Source of the DNA: Nostoc sp.
GTDB lineage: Bacteria; Cyanobacteriota; Cyanobacteriia; Cyanobacteriales; Nostocaceae
Length of the DNA stretch: 64,000 bases
NCBI RefSeq assembly: GCF_036919595.1
Contig: NZ_JBALCO010000016.1
Span: forward strand, 32,028-96,027
Direction of reading: 5' to 3'
Shown here: positions 40,109 through 51,142 of the stretch, in pieces
Position numbering within the stretch: position 1 is the first letter of the stretch
How the letters are laid out: each line of letters begins with the position of its first letter
Program-made: the position numbers and the translations under genes
Notes under the pieces: generated by a model
The model's database searches: none
Told to the model about the DNA's origin: nothing
Seen by the model: only the letters and a program-made list of their open reading frames with translations

Positions 40109-41155
40109 ATGACATCTACAAGAATTTCCTTGGAGACAGGTCGGGATTGGCTAATCAGGCTAGTCACGAGCGAAACTTTTATTTATGTGGTAAAGCGGGT
40201 ATTGCAGGCACTACTGACTTTGTTTTTGGCGTCAGCGTTGTCGTTTTTCATTATTCAACTCGCTCCAGGGGATTATGTAGATACGCTGCGGCAAAACCCG
40301 AAGATATCTCCAGAAAGAATTGAGGAAATAAAGCGGCAGTTTGGTCTGGATAAGTCTTGGCCAGAGCAATTTTGGCTATGGGTATGGCGAATCTTGACAA
40401 AAGGGGATTTTGGCACGAGTTTTATTTATCAACGTTCAGTGGCATCGCTGTTGTGGGAACGGGTACCAGCGACTTTGCTATTAGCGATCTCATCTTTAAT
40501 TGTCACATGGGCGATCGCCATCCCTCTAGGGATTTTTGCTGCTGTTAATCAAAATAAGCTATCAGACCGAATTTTACAGGTGATTAGCTACGCCGGACAA
40601 GGCTTTCCCAGTTTCATCACTGTCTTAGCGCTGCTGGTTTTAGCCCAACTCACCTCGCCTTTATTCCCAGTGGGTAGTATGACTAGCATTAATCACTCAG
40701 AACTGACGTGGTTTGGCAGAATTTTAGATATCGGTTGGCACATGATTTTACCCACGATCGCCCTCTCAATTACTAGTTTTGCTGGTTTACAACGCATCAC
40801 TCGCGGCGAATTATTGGATGTTCTGCGTCAAGATTATATCCAAACGGCTCGTGCCAAAGGACTGCCAGAAAACCGCGTGATCTACGTTCATGCACTCCGC
40901 AATGCGATAAATCCCTTGATTACCTTATTGGGTTTTGAATTAGCTAATTTATTAAGCGGTGCCTTCATTGCGGAATATTTCTTCAACTGGCCCGGTTTAG
41001 GGAGATTGTCTCTACAGGCTTTACAAGCTCAAGATTTATATTTGTTAATGGCAAGCTTGGTAATGGGCGCAGTGTTGCTGATTGCTGGTAATTTAACCGC
41101 CGATTTAATGTTAAAAGCCGCCGATCCTCGCATTCGCTTAGAAAATCTCAATTAG
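40109..41155 (+). CDS. Peptide/nickel-type ABC transporter permease (OppB/DppB family)
   Basis: LAPGD, GDFGTSF, DYIQTARAKGL EAA loop, HALRNA, EYFFNWPGLGRL. Confidence 0.92.
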   Translation: MTSTRISLETGRDWLIRLVTSETFIYVVKRVLQALLTLFLASALSFFIIQLAPGDYVDTLRQNPKISPERIEEIKRQFGLDKSWPEQFWLWVWRILTKGDFGTSFIYQRSVASLLWERVPATLLLAISSLIVTWAIAIPLGIFAAVNQNKLSDRILQVISYAGQGFPSFITVLALLVLAQLTSPLFPVGSMTSINHSELTWFGRILDIGWHMILPTIALSITSFAGLQRITRGELLDVLRQDYIQTARAKGLPENRVIYVHALRNAINPLITLLGFELANLLSGAFIAEYFFNWPGLGRLSLQALQAQDLYLLMASLVMGAVLLIAGNLTADLMLKAADPRIRLENLN

Positions 41156-41185
41156 TCATCCCCCATTTCTCTTCATCTCATCTCC

Positions 41186-41467
41186 ATGTTGTCCGAAGTT
41201 TATTACTTGGTGCGCTCAAAAACTGACGGTAATTATCTCATAGCTCGTCCTGACACCGAAACATCAGGTTATTTATTGCTGTTTCAGGAAAACTTTGATG
41301 CCCTTAGCTATCTCAACACCCATGCGGCAGAAGTGGCAAATCGCTTTACTGTAGAATCTATTGCGCGTACACAGTTGGGAAACTTGCTCAAACGCTGGGG
41401 TTTTAGCGGTGTGGGTATTGTAACTGACCCGTTATTGCCCAAGGTTGAGTTTTTGCAGCACAGTTAA
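41186..41467 (+). CDS. Conserved cyanobacterial hypothetical protein
   Basis: Globular-looking 93-aa ORF co-oriented with upstream genes. Confidence 0.7.
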   Translation: MLSEVYYLVRSKTDGNYLIARPDTETSGYLLLFQENFDALSYLNTHAAEVANRFTVESIARTQLGNLLKRWGFSGVGIVTDPLLPKVEFLQHS

Positions 41468-41479
41468 ATTTATGGATTA

Positions 41480-41515
41480 GCGTAGACGCTTCCTCGGCTT
41501 GTCGTCAGACATCGC
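41480..41515 (-). repeat. HIP1-splitting small repeat (28-nt variant)
   Basis: Minus strand GCGAT + GTCTGACGACAAGCCGAGGAAGCGTCTA + CGC. Confidence 0.65.
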
Positions 41516-41627
41516 TTGCTAATATTGTTTAAGCAAATAATTGTGCGATCGCACAAGTAAAATCAGACAATATGGGTAAATTCAATTCATCACCATTGAA
41601 CAACCCTGAGATTGACAGCATTTATTT

Positions 41628-41677
41628 AGCCCGCGCAGGCGGGCTTGGTTTGTTTAGCCGCAGACTTCAGTCTGTCG
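41628..41677. repeat. Double-hairpin REP-like element; related copy at 52580-52652
   Basis: AGCCCGC-GCAG-GCGGGCT ... TTTGTTTAGCCG ... CAGAC-TTCA-GTCTG; the second copy has AGTCCG/CGGACT, AAAACCCG/CGGGTTTT and TTGTATAGCCG. Confidence 0.6.
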
Positions 41678-41683
41678 AAGCCT

Positions 41684-43216
41684 TTACACTACTACCTTTT
41701 CTAAACTCAACTTAGAACGTTTCACTTGCTCAGGAATCGCTACGGGATAATCTCCGGTGAAGCAGGCAGAACAGAAACTATTAGTGTCTTCTCGTGTCGC
41801 TTCTAGCATTCCCTCCCAACTGAGATAGGCGAGGCTATCTACTTCCAGTTGATTGGCAATTTCTGCTACTGACTTGGTAGCAGCAATCAGCTGATCCTGA
41901 GAATCGGTATCAATGCCATAGAAGCAGGGATGAGTTACAGGCGGAGAAGAAATTCGCATATGTACTTCTACTGCACCTACCTCACGTAAGGTTTTGACTA
42001 GTTTACGGCTGGTAGTACCCCGGACAATCGAGTCGTCTACGATGATCACTCGTTTACCCGCTAGCACATCTTTGAGAGGGTTGAGTTTCATGCGGATACC
42101 TGACTCACGCATGGTTTGGGTTGGTTGAATAAAGGTTCGTCCAACATAGCGATTTTTAATCAGTCCTTCGGCGTAAGCTACACCAGAAGCTTGGGAAAAT
42201 CCGATGGCAGCAGGGATACCAGAATCAGGAACACCAAAGACAATATCGGCATCTACAAAAGATTCTTTAGCTAATTGATGTCCTAACCGCATCCGATAGC
42301 TGTACAAACTCTCATTGTGCATGACGCTATCAGGGCGGGCAAAGTAAATCATCTCAAAGATACACAATTTCCGCTGGGGCTGTTGACTCCAATGATACGA
42401 AGCCAAACCTTCTTCAGTAATCCAAACTAATTCACCTGGTTCTACGTCTCGCAGGTATTCGGCTCCAATGATGTCTAAACCACAAGTCTCCGAAGCCAAA
42501 ACGTAACGGACTGGATTACCAGCCAAAGTGCCAATTACTAAGGGGCGAATGCCATTGGTATCCCGGACACCCATAACGCCGTTAGGAGTGCCAATAACTA
42601 AACTAAAAGCTCCTTGGCAACGATGAAATGCCTGAATTGCACCTTCTAACCAATCTGCACCAGTATTGATCGCTTCGGCGATCGCAAAAGCGATCATTTC
42701 TGAGTCTGTTGTTGTGACTAAGTTGTATTTTTTCTCAAGCAACTCTTGACGTAATTGCACCGTATTGACTAAATTGCCGTTATGTGCTAGTGCTAATGAC
42801 CCTAAACGAGTTTCCAGCACTGCGGGTTGGGCATTAACTTTGCGGCTAGAACCTGTGGTGGAATAACGTGTGTGACCAACAGCAAGGCTACCAGGCAATT
42901 GATCCAAGATGGATTCATTGAAAACTTGAGACACCAAGCCCATATCTTTGTGGAGGTGTACTTGTGTACCCTCAAAGGTGGCAATACCGGCTGATTCTTG
43001 ACCCCGATGCTGAAGGGCATACAATCCAAAGTATGTCAGTTTAGCAACGTCTTCTGCTGGTGCGTAGATGCCAAAAACACCACAAGCTTCTTCTGGCTTG
43101 TCAGGCTGATTTTCATGACTATTGATTGGGTTGTTGGTCTGCTCGGGGTATTCATCCGAAGTGACAGAATGAATAGAAATCATGCTAGCTTTGCTCCTGG
43201 TGGGGGGGTCAATCAA
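41684..43216 (-). CDS. purF: Amidophosphoribosyltransferase
   Basis: EEA-CGVFG after propeptide, QHRGQESAGI, GHTRYST, HNGNL, VDDSIVRGTT, Fe-S Cys motifs; true start may be about 43183. Confidence 0.96.
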   Translation of the reverse strand: MIDPPTRSKASMISIHSVTSDEYPEQTNNPINSHENQPDKPEEACGVFGIYAPAEDVAKLTYFGLYALQHRGQESAGIATFEGTQVHLHKDMGLVSQVFNESILDQLPGSLAVGHTRYSTTGSSRKVNAQPAVLETRLGSLALAHNGNLVNTVQLRQELLEKKYNLVTTTDSEMIAFAIAEAINTGADWLEGAIQAFHRCQGAFSLVIGTPNGVMGVRDTNGIRPLVIGTLAGNPVRYVLASETCGLDIIGAEYLRDVEPGELVWITEEGLASYHWSQQPQRKLCIFEMIYFARPDSVMHNESLYSYRMRLGHQLAKESFVDADIVFGVPDSGIPAAIGFSQASGVAYAEGLIKNRYVGRTFIQPTQTMRESGIRMKLNPLKDVLAGKRVIIVDDSIVRGTTSRKLVKTLREVGAVEVHMRISSPPVTHPCFYGIDTDSQDQLIAATKSVAEIANQLEVDSLAYLSWEGMLEATREDTNSFCSACFTGDYPVAIPEQVKRSKLSLEKVVV

Positions 43217-43552
43217 TTTTGGATTTGAGATTTACAATTTTGGATTGACCGCACCCTAGTAGGAATGCGGCTTGAGATTTGAGAGTGGCTACTTTTAAAT
43301 TTGTTTCGCTCACTAGGAGTAAGACATAAACCATAAGAAACACCCTCAATCCAAAATCTAAAATTCAAAATCTAAAATCGGTAGTCAAGTCACTGGGATT
43401 ATATAGATGGTAGCGAAGTCTTAACAAATCTTTAACCATCCATTAAAACAGTACCGTAATTATGCTCAGGGATGCTAATAAAAGAGTTAAAAGTGAGGAA
43501 TGAGGAGTTATGCTTTTTATTCCTAACTGCTTACTTTCAACTCCTAACATCT

Positions 43553-45925
43553 TTAACTGTGGGTAGTAGTGTGGATGGCGAGACGTCTGGCGAGCGCATG
43601 GGAATAGCGATCACTCATATCTTCGATCCTAACTTTGATTAAGGCTTGGTTATCAGTAGTGAAAACCCCCAAACCCGTCTCATAATTACGAACCGTACCC
43701 AGTTTTTGCCATTCTTGACCCAGATGTTCCTGTAAGTATGATTTCCAAATTTCTTGTTGTTCTGATGCTACAGAAACTAAAATCCTGGTACCACCTTCGG
43801 CAAACAACACCTCATCCAGACGGTTTAAGGGCGCTGGTGCTATTTCTAAATTGATTTCGGCACCAAGGTTACCAGCAATACAACATTCGGCTATTGCGAT
43901 CACCACCCCTCCCTCAGAACAATCATGGGCTGAACGAACCCAACCATTACGAATTCCTTCACGACAAACTTTCTGGACGCGGCGTTCCAAGTCAAAATCT
44001 ACCCGTGGCGGCTTTCCGGCAACAGTACTGTGGATAGTGGCTAAATACTCAGATGCTCCCAAACTGATTTGGGATGCCAGAGGTAATCCGAGAAGATAAA
44101 TTACATCGCCAGATGCTTGCCAACCTTGACCACAAATTTTGGTTATATCGGGAATCAAGCCTACCATACCCACAACCGGAGTGGGATAAATGGGTTGTGG
44201 AATACCTTGGGAATCGAGGGTTTCATTGTACAAAGAGACATTTCCGCCTGTGACGGGTGTTGCCAATTCTCGACAAGCTTCTGCCAAACCGCGACAAGCT
44301 TCTGCCAATTGCCAGTAACCAATCGGTTTTTCTGGAGAACCAAAATTCAGGTTATCCGTTACCGCCAGAGGTTCTGCACCCACACAGCTAAGATTGCGTG
44401 CGGCTTCTGCCACCACTGCCTTAGCTCCCTCGTAAGGATCAAGATAAACATAACGAGGATTGCAATCTACTGTTGCTGCCACTCCTAATTTTAGATTTGG
44501 GATTTGGGATTTTAGATTAGGGACTTGTTCAAGTGGGCGTAAGCGCACTACAGCTGCATCTGCACCACCTGGTAGTATCACTGTATTATTTTGTACTTGA
44601 TGATCATACTGACGATATACCCAGTTTTTAGAGGCGATCGTGGGTGTATCGAGCAAAGTTAAGAGAATATCATTCCAAGTTTGCAGGCGTCCTTGGAGTT
44701 CTATTCCAGCAGTTGTGCAGGGAGGTAAGGAATCAGGAGTCCATTCCCAAGCTTGACGTGCATATTCTGGAGGTTCTGTCAACAAATCCCGGTGATAAAG
44801 TGGGGTATTTTCCGCCAAAGCTTCAGCGGGAATTTCTGCTGCTACTTCACCCTGGAAGAGAATCCGCACGATGGGTTCAGCAATTACTGTACCGGCAACA
44901 ACAGCATGAAGTCCCCAACGGTGGAAAATGTCGATTAATTCTTGCTCATGCCCTTTATGGGCAACGAACAGCATTCGTTCTTGAGATTCCGAAAGCAAAT
45001 ATTCATAGGGAACCATCCCCGTTTCTCTTGCGGGAATCTTATCTAAATCTAGTTCAATTCCCACACCGCCTTTCGCCGCCATCTCTGAGGTAGAACAGGT
45101 GATCCCGGCTGCTCCCATATCCTGGGCGGCGACAACTGCACCTGTCTTAAACGCCTCCAGACAAGCTTCAATTAACGACTTTTCCAAAAAGGGGTCGCCC
45201 ACTTGCACAGCAGGACGGTCATCCATTGACTGTTCGCTCAATTCTGCACTGGCAAAACTTGCGCCTCCTATACCATCGCGTCCTGTGGTGGAACCGACAT
45301 ACAACACAGGGTTACCTAAGCCAGATGCCCCAGATTTGACAATTTCTAGCGTTTCCATCAACCCCAGCGCCATAACGTTCACCAGAGGATTACCAGAATA
45401 AGCAGAATCAAAGTAAACTTCGCCACCAACGGTGGGCACTCCCACACAGTTGCCATAATGGGCAATTCCTGCAACTACACCAGTAAATAACCTTTGGGTT
45501 TTGGCATCTTCGAGGGAACCAAAGCGCAGCGAGTTCAATATCGCAATGGGACGCGCACCCATTGTAAAAATATCTCGGAGAATGCCTCCCACTCCCGTTG
45601 CCGCTCCCTGAAAGGGTTCGACAGCTGAAGGGTGATTGTGGGATTCAATCTTAAAGGCTAGTTGTAGTCCGTCACCCAAATCTACAACCCCAGCATTTTC
45701 ACCAGGCCCTACAAGGATGCGGGACCCTTCGGTAGGAAACTGTTTGAGTAAAGGTCGAGAATTTTTGTAACAGCAATGCTCTGACCACATTACGCCAAAC
45801 ATTCCCAGTTCAGCTTTGTTGGGATGACGCCCTAAGCGACGGACAATTTCTGCGTATTCTTCTGGTTTTATACCTTCAGCAGCGATTTCTTGGGGGGAAA
45901 AGGGAGCAGGAGATGTGGCAGTCAT
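43553..45925 (-). CDS. purL: Phosphoribosylformylglycinamidine synthase subunit PurL
   Basis: [51 protein letters not shown]. Confidence 0.97.
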   Translation of the reverse strand: MTATSPAPFSPQEIAAEGIKPEEYAEIVRRLGRHPNKAELGMFGVMWSEHCCYKNSRPLLKQFPTEGSRILVGPGENAGVVDLGDGLQLAFKIESHNHPSAVEPFQGAATGVGGILRDIFTMGARPIAILNSLRFGSLEDAKTQRLFTGVVAGIAHYGNCVGVPTVGGEVYFDSAYSGNPLVNVMALGLMETLEIVKSGASGLGNPVLYVGSTTGRDGIGGASFASAELSEQSMDDRPAVQVGDPFLEKSLIEACLEAFKTGAVVAAQDMGAAGITCSTSEMAAKGGVGIELDLDKIPARETGMVPYEYLLSESQERMLFVAHKGHEQELIDIFHRWGLHAVVAGTVIAEPIVRILFQGEVAAEIPAEALAENTPLYHRDLLTEPPEYARQAWEWTPDSLPPCTTAGIELQGRLQTWNDILLTLLDTPTIASKNWVYRQYDHQVQNNTVILPGGADAAVVRLRPLEQVPNLKSQIPNLKLGVAATVDCNPRYVYLDPYEGAKAVVAEAARNLSCVGAEPLAVTDNLNFGSPEKPIGYWQLAEACRGLAEACRELATPVTGGNVSLYNETLDSQGIPQPIYPTPVVGMVGLIPDITKICGQGWQASGDVIYLLGLPLASQISLGASEYLATIHSTVAGKPPRVDFDLERRVQKVCREGIRNGWVRSAHDCSEGGVVIAIAECCIAGNLGAEINLEIAPAPLNRLDEVLFAEGGTRILVSVASEQQEIWKSYLQEHLGQEWQKLGTVRNYETGLGVFTTDNQALIKVRIEDMSDRYSHALARRLAIHTTTHS

Positions 45926-46042
45926 GGAAATAATGCACCAATTGTACAGAGCATTATTCTATCGATTTACTTGACCTCTAAATGCAGATATAGGATTGTT
46001 CATCGCTAGATGCTACAGATCGGTTGAATAGGTAAATCTATT

Positions 46043-46169
46043 TAGGGACTTCCAAAGAATAATTTATCGAACAAGTAAGAGTACAGCACCGATCAAATAT
46101 CTGTTTTACCGAAAGTCTGTGGATGCCATACCCCTACAATTTGGGTCTTTTTTTGATTGGAAGTCCCTA
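46043..46169. mobile_element. MITE with TA-bounded 13-bp perfect TIRs
   Basis: TAGGGACTTCCAA (46043-46055) / TTGGAAGTCCCTA (46157-46169). Confidence 0.8.
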
Positions 46170-46299
46170 GAACCTATCCTACTATTCTAAAAATCCCTAG
46201 TCCTTTTCGTAAAATGCGCTTAAAAACTTGATTTTTAGTTTTTAGTTGTCAATAAGCTTAAGCTTTGTAGCACAAATATTATTAATGGGATAAGTTCTA

Positions 46300-46530
46300 A
46301 TGATTTATACGCTTTCAGGAAAGGACACCATTAAGGGCACGGGTGCTGCCAGCATCGGCGACTTGAATCAGGGTGGAAATGGGACTGGCATCGCTAACAG
46401 TGGCAGTCTGAATATAGAGAACGGTGAAGACGCGATCGCTGGCACAGGGAAGGGCGGTAACGGCGGCGATGAGAAATTTATCTTTGCAGATAGCTCTTTC
46501 TGCTACAGTACTTTGGTAAACGGGGCATAG
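46300..46530 (+). pseudogene. Fragment of a Gly-rich repeat (RTX/hemolysin-like) secreted protein
   Basis: GKDTIKGTG, GIANSGSLNIENGEDAIAGTGKGG units, then an unrelated tail. Confidence 0.5.
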
Positions 46531-46851
46531 GTTTGTTAACTATCTCGCCTTATATCCCTGTATGGAGGATGTCACTTCCTCTATCTCGTGTTTTAACCCC
46601 TGAGTGTCTAATAGGTGTAGTATGCTCTTAGTCTGAAAAAGCATCTACCAGCGTATATATTCTTAGCTCCAAACTTGCATAGATTTACTGTAACTCAGCG
46701 ATTACTCGCCTATATGCAGTTTAGCTGTAACAATGAAGTGACGAAAATCACACGGATCTATGATTAGGATCGTCTCCCTGCACTTGTGAAGTAGGCATAA
46801 TTAATGACAACTGAACTCTAGCCGAGTCATTAATAGGGAACACACTTAATT

Positions 46852-46885
46852 GCCGACAGCCTTAATCAAAGACTGTCGGTTTTTT
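46852..46885 (+). terminator. Intrinsic terminator with no adjacent sense CDS
   Basis: CCGACAGCC-loop-GACTGTCGG followed by T6. Confidence 0.75.
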
Positions 46886-47376
46886 ATGTCCGTATATCCT
46901 TCATCCTTTGAGAAATGCCCCATAAATATACCTATTGAACAAGAATTCACCTATTCTGAATACAAGAGCAAAGCTGGAGACTCCGAAAGCTGTGGTCAGT
47001 AATCAAAATGCTAAGGGACTCGCTTTTTCGTGTCACTATCAGTGGGAGATTCAGACCCACCACTAAGAAAGTTGACCACCAGATCTATGATTTAGTGGGG
47101 GTCTCAAACCCCATTTATTCATCCGCCAAGGGACTTGCTACCGCAGCGGTACCCGCTTTTTCGGTCAGAATTCATGGCTTTATTCTGACTCCTAATTCTT
47201 TCTTAATAAAATTTCCCCACAACTGGTTGGTAACTTGACAAATATTTTGCCAGAGCCACTACCAAATGTGGGGAGGGTATGATCAAATTGGGGATCTTAT
47301 GCCTATCGAGTGCTAATATTTTGCACTCACTTTAGTAGACCAGAAGTATACTCCTAGAACCAGCACACACTTTGTA

Positions 47377-47862
47377 TTAAGACATCGCTTGAATGATGTA
47401 ATCAAAGTAGGGTGCTGCTTGGGCAGTGTCTTCCGCACTCAGCAAGCTAAGAGAGGCTGTTTTGAGAGAATTGATCGCTTCTACCATTCCAGGCACGGGA
47501 ACGCCCAATGAATTGTACATTTCCCGCACGCCAATCAAACCGATTTTTTCAATTGGCTCTTTGTCGCCTGCAAGCACACCATAAGTAATTAGACGTAAGT
47601 ACCAACCAAAATCACGGATACATAGAGAGCGCTGGCGTTCTCCGTAAGCATTACCTCCGGGGGAGATAAAATCAGGACGCTTCTGCCAAAGTTGTTTGGT
47701 TGCTTCCTGAACTATCTTTTTTTCGTTTTCGGCTAAGGTAGCCGCAATCCGCGTCCGTTGTACGCCGGTTTGCAAAAAGTCTTTGATATTTTTAAGTTCG
47801 CCACTGCTGGGATAGCGCAGTTCGTCGTCGGCTTTGAGAATAACTTGGCTAATTACAGTCAT
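47377..47862 (-). CDS. apcD: Allophycocyanin-B alpha subunit
   Basis: [39 protein letters not shown] chromophore Cys; start ATG 47862. Confidence 0.96.
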   Translation of the reverse strand: MTVISQVILKADDELRYPSSGELKNIKDFLQTGVQRTRIAATLAENEKKIVQEATKQLWQKRPDFISPGGNAYGERQRSLCIRDFGWYLRLITYGVLAGDKEPIEKIGLIGVREMYNSLGVPVPGMVEAINSLKTASLSLLSAEDTAQAAPYFDYIIQAMS

Positions 47863-48151
47863 GATTGTTGAAATCACCTGAAATATTATCTGTTAGTTTA
47901 ACGAGTCGGAGGTACACAAGTGAAGGGATAGGAGCTACTTATATATTGAATTTATCTGTTTGGGGAGATGAGGGAGGTGACGAAGCAGGGGAACAGGGAA
48001 GAGGGAGCACAGGGGGGAAAGAGGTATTTTATATCATTCCCCCTTGGAAGAGCAGCACCCTGCCCCTATGCTTCTTACCAATGCCCCATGACGCCACTTG
48101 CTTGAAGTAAGTGGCTCCCCCATGCTCAATAACTAATAACTAATAACTAAA

Positions 48152-49549
48152 ATGATTTGGCAACAGGGTGAATTAATTGAAGTGACGATCGCTAACCTGA
48201 GTGATACAGGCGATGGTGTAGGACGCGCTGATGAGCGTGTTGTCTTTGTCCCAGATACTGTACCAGGCGATCGCGCCATTGTCCGCTTGGTTCATGTTAA
48301 ACCCAAATTCGCCCACGGGAAGTTTCAGCAGCTATTAGAGCCATCTCCCCACCGGATTCGACCTAGTTGTATTGTGGCGGATAAGTGCGGTGGTTGCCAG
48401 TGGCAGCATATTAATTATGATTACCAGTTAGTAGCCAAGCAAAATCAAGTTATTCAAGCTTTGGAACGCATTGGCGGTTTTGTTCAACCACCGGTAGATC
48501 CGGTACTTGCCGCCCCTTCTGCTTTAAACTACCGTAATAAATCTACATATCCTCTGAGCACATCGGCAACAGGACAGGTACAAGCTGGTTACTACCAAAA
48601 AGGTAGTCACCAATTAATTAATTTAAATCAATGTCCAGTCCAAGACTCGCGCTTAAATCCCTTACTTGCCGAAGTTAAGCAGGATATCCAACAACGGGGT
48701 TGGCAAATTTATGACGAACAGCGCCACCTTGGACAAATTCGCCATCTCGGTTTACGCATTGGCCGACACACAGGAGAAATGTTGCTGACTTTGGTAGTGA
48801 AGAACTGGAATTTATCAGGAATTGAAACCCAAGCCCAGGAATGGTTAAAGCGCTATCCCCAGTTAGTGGGAGTGTCGCTCAATCGCAACTCTGATCGCAC
48901 AAATGCTATCTTTGGATCAGAAACCCGTTGCATCGCTGGAGTCCCACACCTGCGTGAAAATTTTGCTGGATTGGAATTTAAAGTGCGCCCAGATACATTT
49001 TTCCAAGTTTATACAGAAACAGCAGAGGCACTATTGCAGGTAATTCAATCAGAACTCAATCTTCAAGGGCATGAGTTGCTAGTTGATGCCTACTGTGGTA
49101 TTGGGACTTTAACTTTACCCCTCGCCAAAAAAGTCCGGATTGCTACAGGATTAGAAATGCAACCAGCAGCAGTGGAACAAGCTATTTTGAATGCCCAGCG
49201 TAACAGAATTGATAATGTGACATTCCAAGTCGGGGCGGTAGAGAAATTGCTGCCAAAAATGGGCACAATACCAGAAGTAATAATACTCGATCCGCCACGT
49301 AAGGGGTGCGATCGGGCTGTCATCGACACTTTACGGCAACTGAAACCATCTCGGATCGTTTACGTCAGCTGTAAAGTAGCCACCCTCGCCCGCGACCTGA
49401 AATTACTTTGTCAAGATGGGCAATATATTATCACACGGGTACAACCTGCTGATTTTTTTCCTCAAACGGCTCATGTTGAAGCTGCTGCCTTTCTTGCGCT
49501 ATCAAATTTGTACAAGGATAGTAATTCCTTTACAAAAACTGAAATTTGA
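48152..49549 (+). CDS. rlmD: 23S rRNA (uracil1939-C5)-methyltransferase
   Basis: TRAM domain, CIVADKCGGCQWQH, FFQV, DAYCGIG, LDPPRKG, YVSC, DFFPQTAHVE. Confidence 0.93.
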   Translation: MIWQQGELIEVTIANLSDTGDGVGRADERVVFVPDTVPGDRAIVRLVHVKPKFAHGKFQQLLEPSPHRIRPSCIVADKCGGCQWQHINYDYQLVAKQNQVIQALERIGGFVQPPVDPVLAAPSALNYRNKSTYPLSTSATGQVQAGYYQKGSHQLINLNQCPVQDSRLNPLLAEVKQDIQQRGWQIYDEQRHLGQIRHLGLRIGRHTGEMLLTLVVKNWNLSGIETQAQEWLKRYPQLVGVSLNRNSDRTNAIFGSETRCIAGVPHLRENFAGLEFKVRPDTFFQVYTETAEALLQVIQSELNLQGHELLVDAYCGIGTLTLPLAKKVRIATGLEMQPAAVEQAILNAQRNRIDNVTFQVGAVEKLLPKMGTIPEVIILDPPRKGCDRAVIDTLRQLKPSRIVYVSCKVATLARDLKLLCQDGQYIITRVQPADFFPQTAHVEAAAFLALSNLYKDSNSFTKTEI

Positions 49550-49939
49550 AATTTTTAGTCTAGCGCATACTAAAGATGCTAAAATTGAATTAAGCTAAAA
49601 ATAGAAATTCATTTTGTTTAAATAAATTCAAGTTGCATAGCCTCTTAAAAATATGAATTGGATTGTGTAAATCAGAAATCGCCAATTAATTAGAGTATGC
49701 CAATACTCTGTCAAATTACTAGCATCTTTTGAAGTTGCTGAATTCATTATCAAAACTATTCCAGCCGTTTTATATCTAAGCAATCCAAACTCATACTATA
49801 GAGCTAATGCTCCCTAGCATTTTCAAAATTTAGTTTTAAAGACGCAAGTTTGAAGGCAGCATGACCACCTCAAGTTTTATCAGGGTGCCTGTAATAGCAA
49901 ACTGATGTCTAGCTAACTGAAAGCTATGGGGTTTCTCTT

Positions 49940-50389
49940 GTGATTACTATTTCACTCCGTCCAGTTGGACGTTATTGGGGCACTATTAGTTTTGCCTCAA
50001 CCCTCTACCTTTGTCCAATATTAGACTTACTATTGGCAGAAATCCCAGCAAAATTACAAGCAGAACTGCGGCTAGGACTTCAAGAAGCCTTAGTGAACGC
50101 AGCTAAACATGGCAATAATCTTGATCCAAGTAAAACAGTTGTAGTCCGTTTTTCCTTAATAGATAATCAATATTGGTGGATAATATCAGACCAGGGTAGC
50201 GGCTTTACTCCTTCATCTACTAGTGATGAGGAGCCAACAGACTATTTACCACCAGATGAATCAGAAAGTGGTCGTGGTTTATGTCTTCTGCATCAAATTT
50301 TTGATCAGGTAGAGTGGAACCGCAAAGGCACAGAATTGAGGCTTTGTAAACAAATGGAAAATCGTCCCCGTTTATCTCTGCGACGGTAG
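49940..50389 (+). CDS. pmgA: PmgA-like anti-sigma/RsbW-type ATP-binding protein
   Basis: SFASTLYLCPILDLLL, LQEALVNAAKHGN, DQGSGF, GRGL; GTG start. Confidence 0.8.
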   Translation: MITISLRPVGRYWGTISFASTLYLCPILDLLLAEIPAKLQAELRLGLQEALVNAAKHGNNLDPSKTVVVRFSLIDNQYWWIISDQGSGFTPSSTSDEEPTDYLPPDESESGRGLCLLHQIFDQVEWNRKGTELRLCKQMENRPRLSLRR

Positions 50390-50453
50390 CTTATTTAAGA
50401 GTTAGGAGTTAAGAGTTAAAAATTTGAAACTTTTAACTCCTGACTCCTAATTT

Positions 50454-50732
50454 TTAAGTTTTTCCGTGAGTTGGACAGGGAGGCGCAGAAATAGAGCGAT
50501 CTAACCAACCAACTGCTTGTTCTAATCTGGCTTGAGCTTCTTGTGGCTGATTTTTTAAAAGAAACACAACAGCTGCTGCCACTTGTTCATTAGCGCGGGA
50601 ATTACGGTTAGACTTGAGGCGATGCCAATCGTTAGGGGAGATGCTCAGTCTTTCCATCAAGGCTTGAGCTAGTTCCAGAGTACTAAGTTCATTCAGTTGA
50701 CTAGTTTGAGGCAGCTGGGTAGATTGGGACAT
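50454..50732 (-). CDS. Small conserved cyanobacterial protein (DUF6439-like)
   Basis: LAQALMERLSISPNDWHRLKSNR, PPCPTHG. Confidence 0.7.
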   Translation of the reverse strand: MSQSTQLPQTSQLNELSTLELAQALMERLSISPNDWHRLKSNRNSRANEQVAAAVVFLLKNQPQEAQARLEQAVGWLDRSISAPPCPTHGKT

Positions 50733-50777
50733 AATCTATTGGCACATTTGCATTTACTTCTACTGTACTACTTGTAA

Positions 50778-51140
50778 ATGAAGCCGTCTAAACAATCACA
50801 GCCATCAGGGGAAACTCCAGAACCAGATTTTGAACAAGAATTGGAGGAAGTAGAGCGATCGCTCCTATCCTTAAAAGAGCGTTATGATCAAGTGCAAAGC
50901 GATCGCCAACAACAGGCACAATGGCAACAGTACCGCGATCAACTGAAGCACAATAAATCTCAGACACCAAAAATCAAAGCAGAGTTAAAGCAAATTCAAC
51001 AGCAGTTGGAAATGTTAGAACTAAACTTAGAAAGCCAGTTATTTTCTTGGCGTAGCCTCAAAAAACCTTTCTGGCAAGTCGTCCGCTTTGGTGGAATGGG
51101 CGTTATCATAGGCTGGATATTAAAGTCTTATGCTGGATAA
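50778..51140 (+). CDS. Coiled-coil protein with C-terminal TM
   Basis: Q/E/L-rich heptads, [24 protein letters not shown]; 2 bp before asnS. Confidence 0.75.
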   Translation: MKPSKQSQPSGETPEPDFEQELEEVERSLLSLKERYDQVQSDRQQQAQWQQYRDQLKHNKSQTPKIKAELKQIQQQLEMLELNLESQLFSWRSLKKPFWQVVRFGGMGVIIGWILKSYAG

Positions 51141-51142
51141 AT

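Noticed and set aside
45926-46042. Purine or ZTP riboswitch upstream of purL/purF
   Set aside because: No recognisable aptamer motifs.
47294-47330. GAGTGCTAA/TTAGCACTC half-site resembling CIRCE downstream of apcD
   Set aside because: Only one half matches and the orientation is wrong for an N9-spaced CIRCE; more likely a 3' UTR hairpin (GAGTGC...GCACTC).
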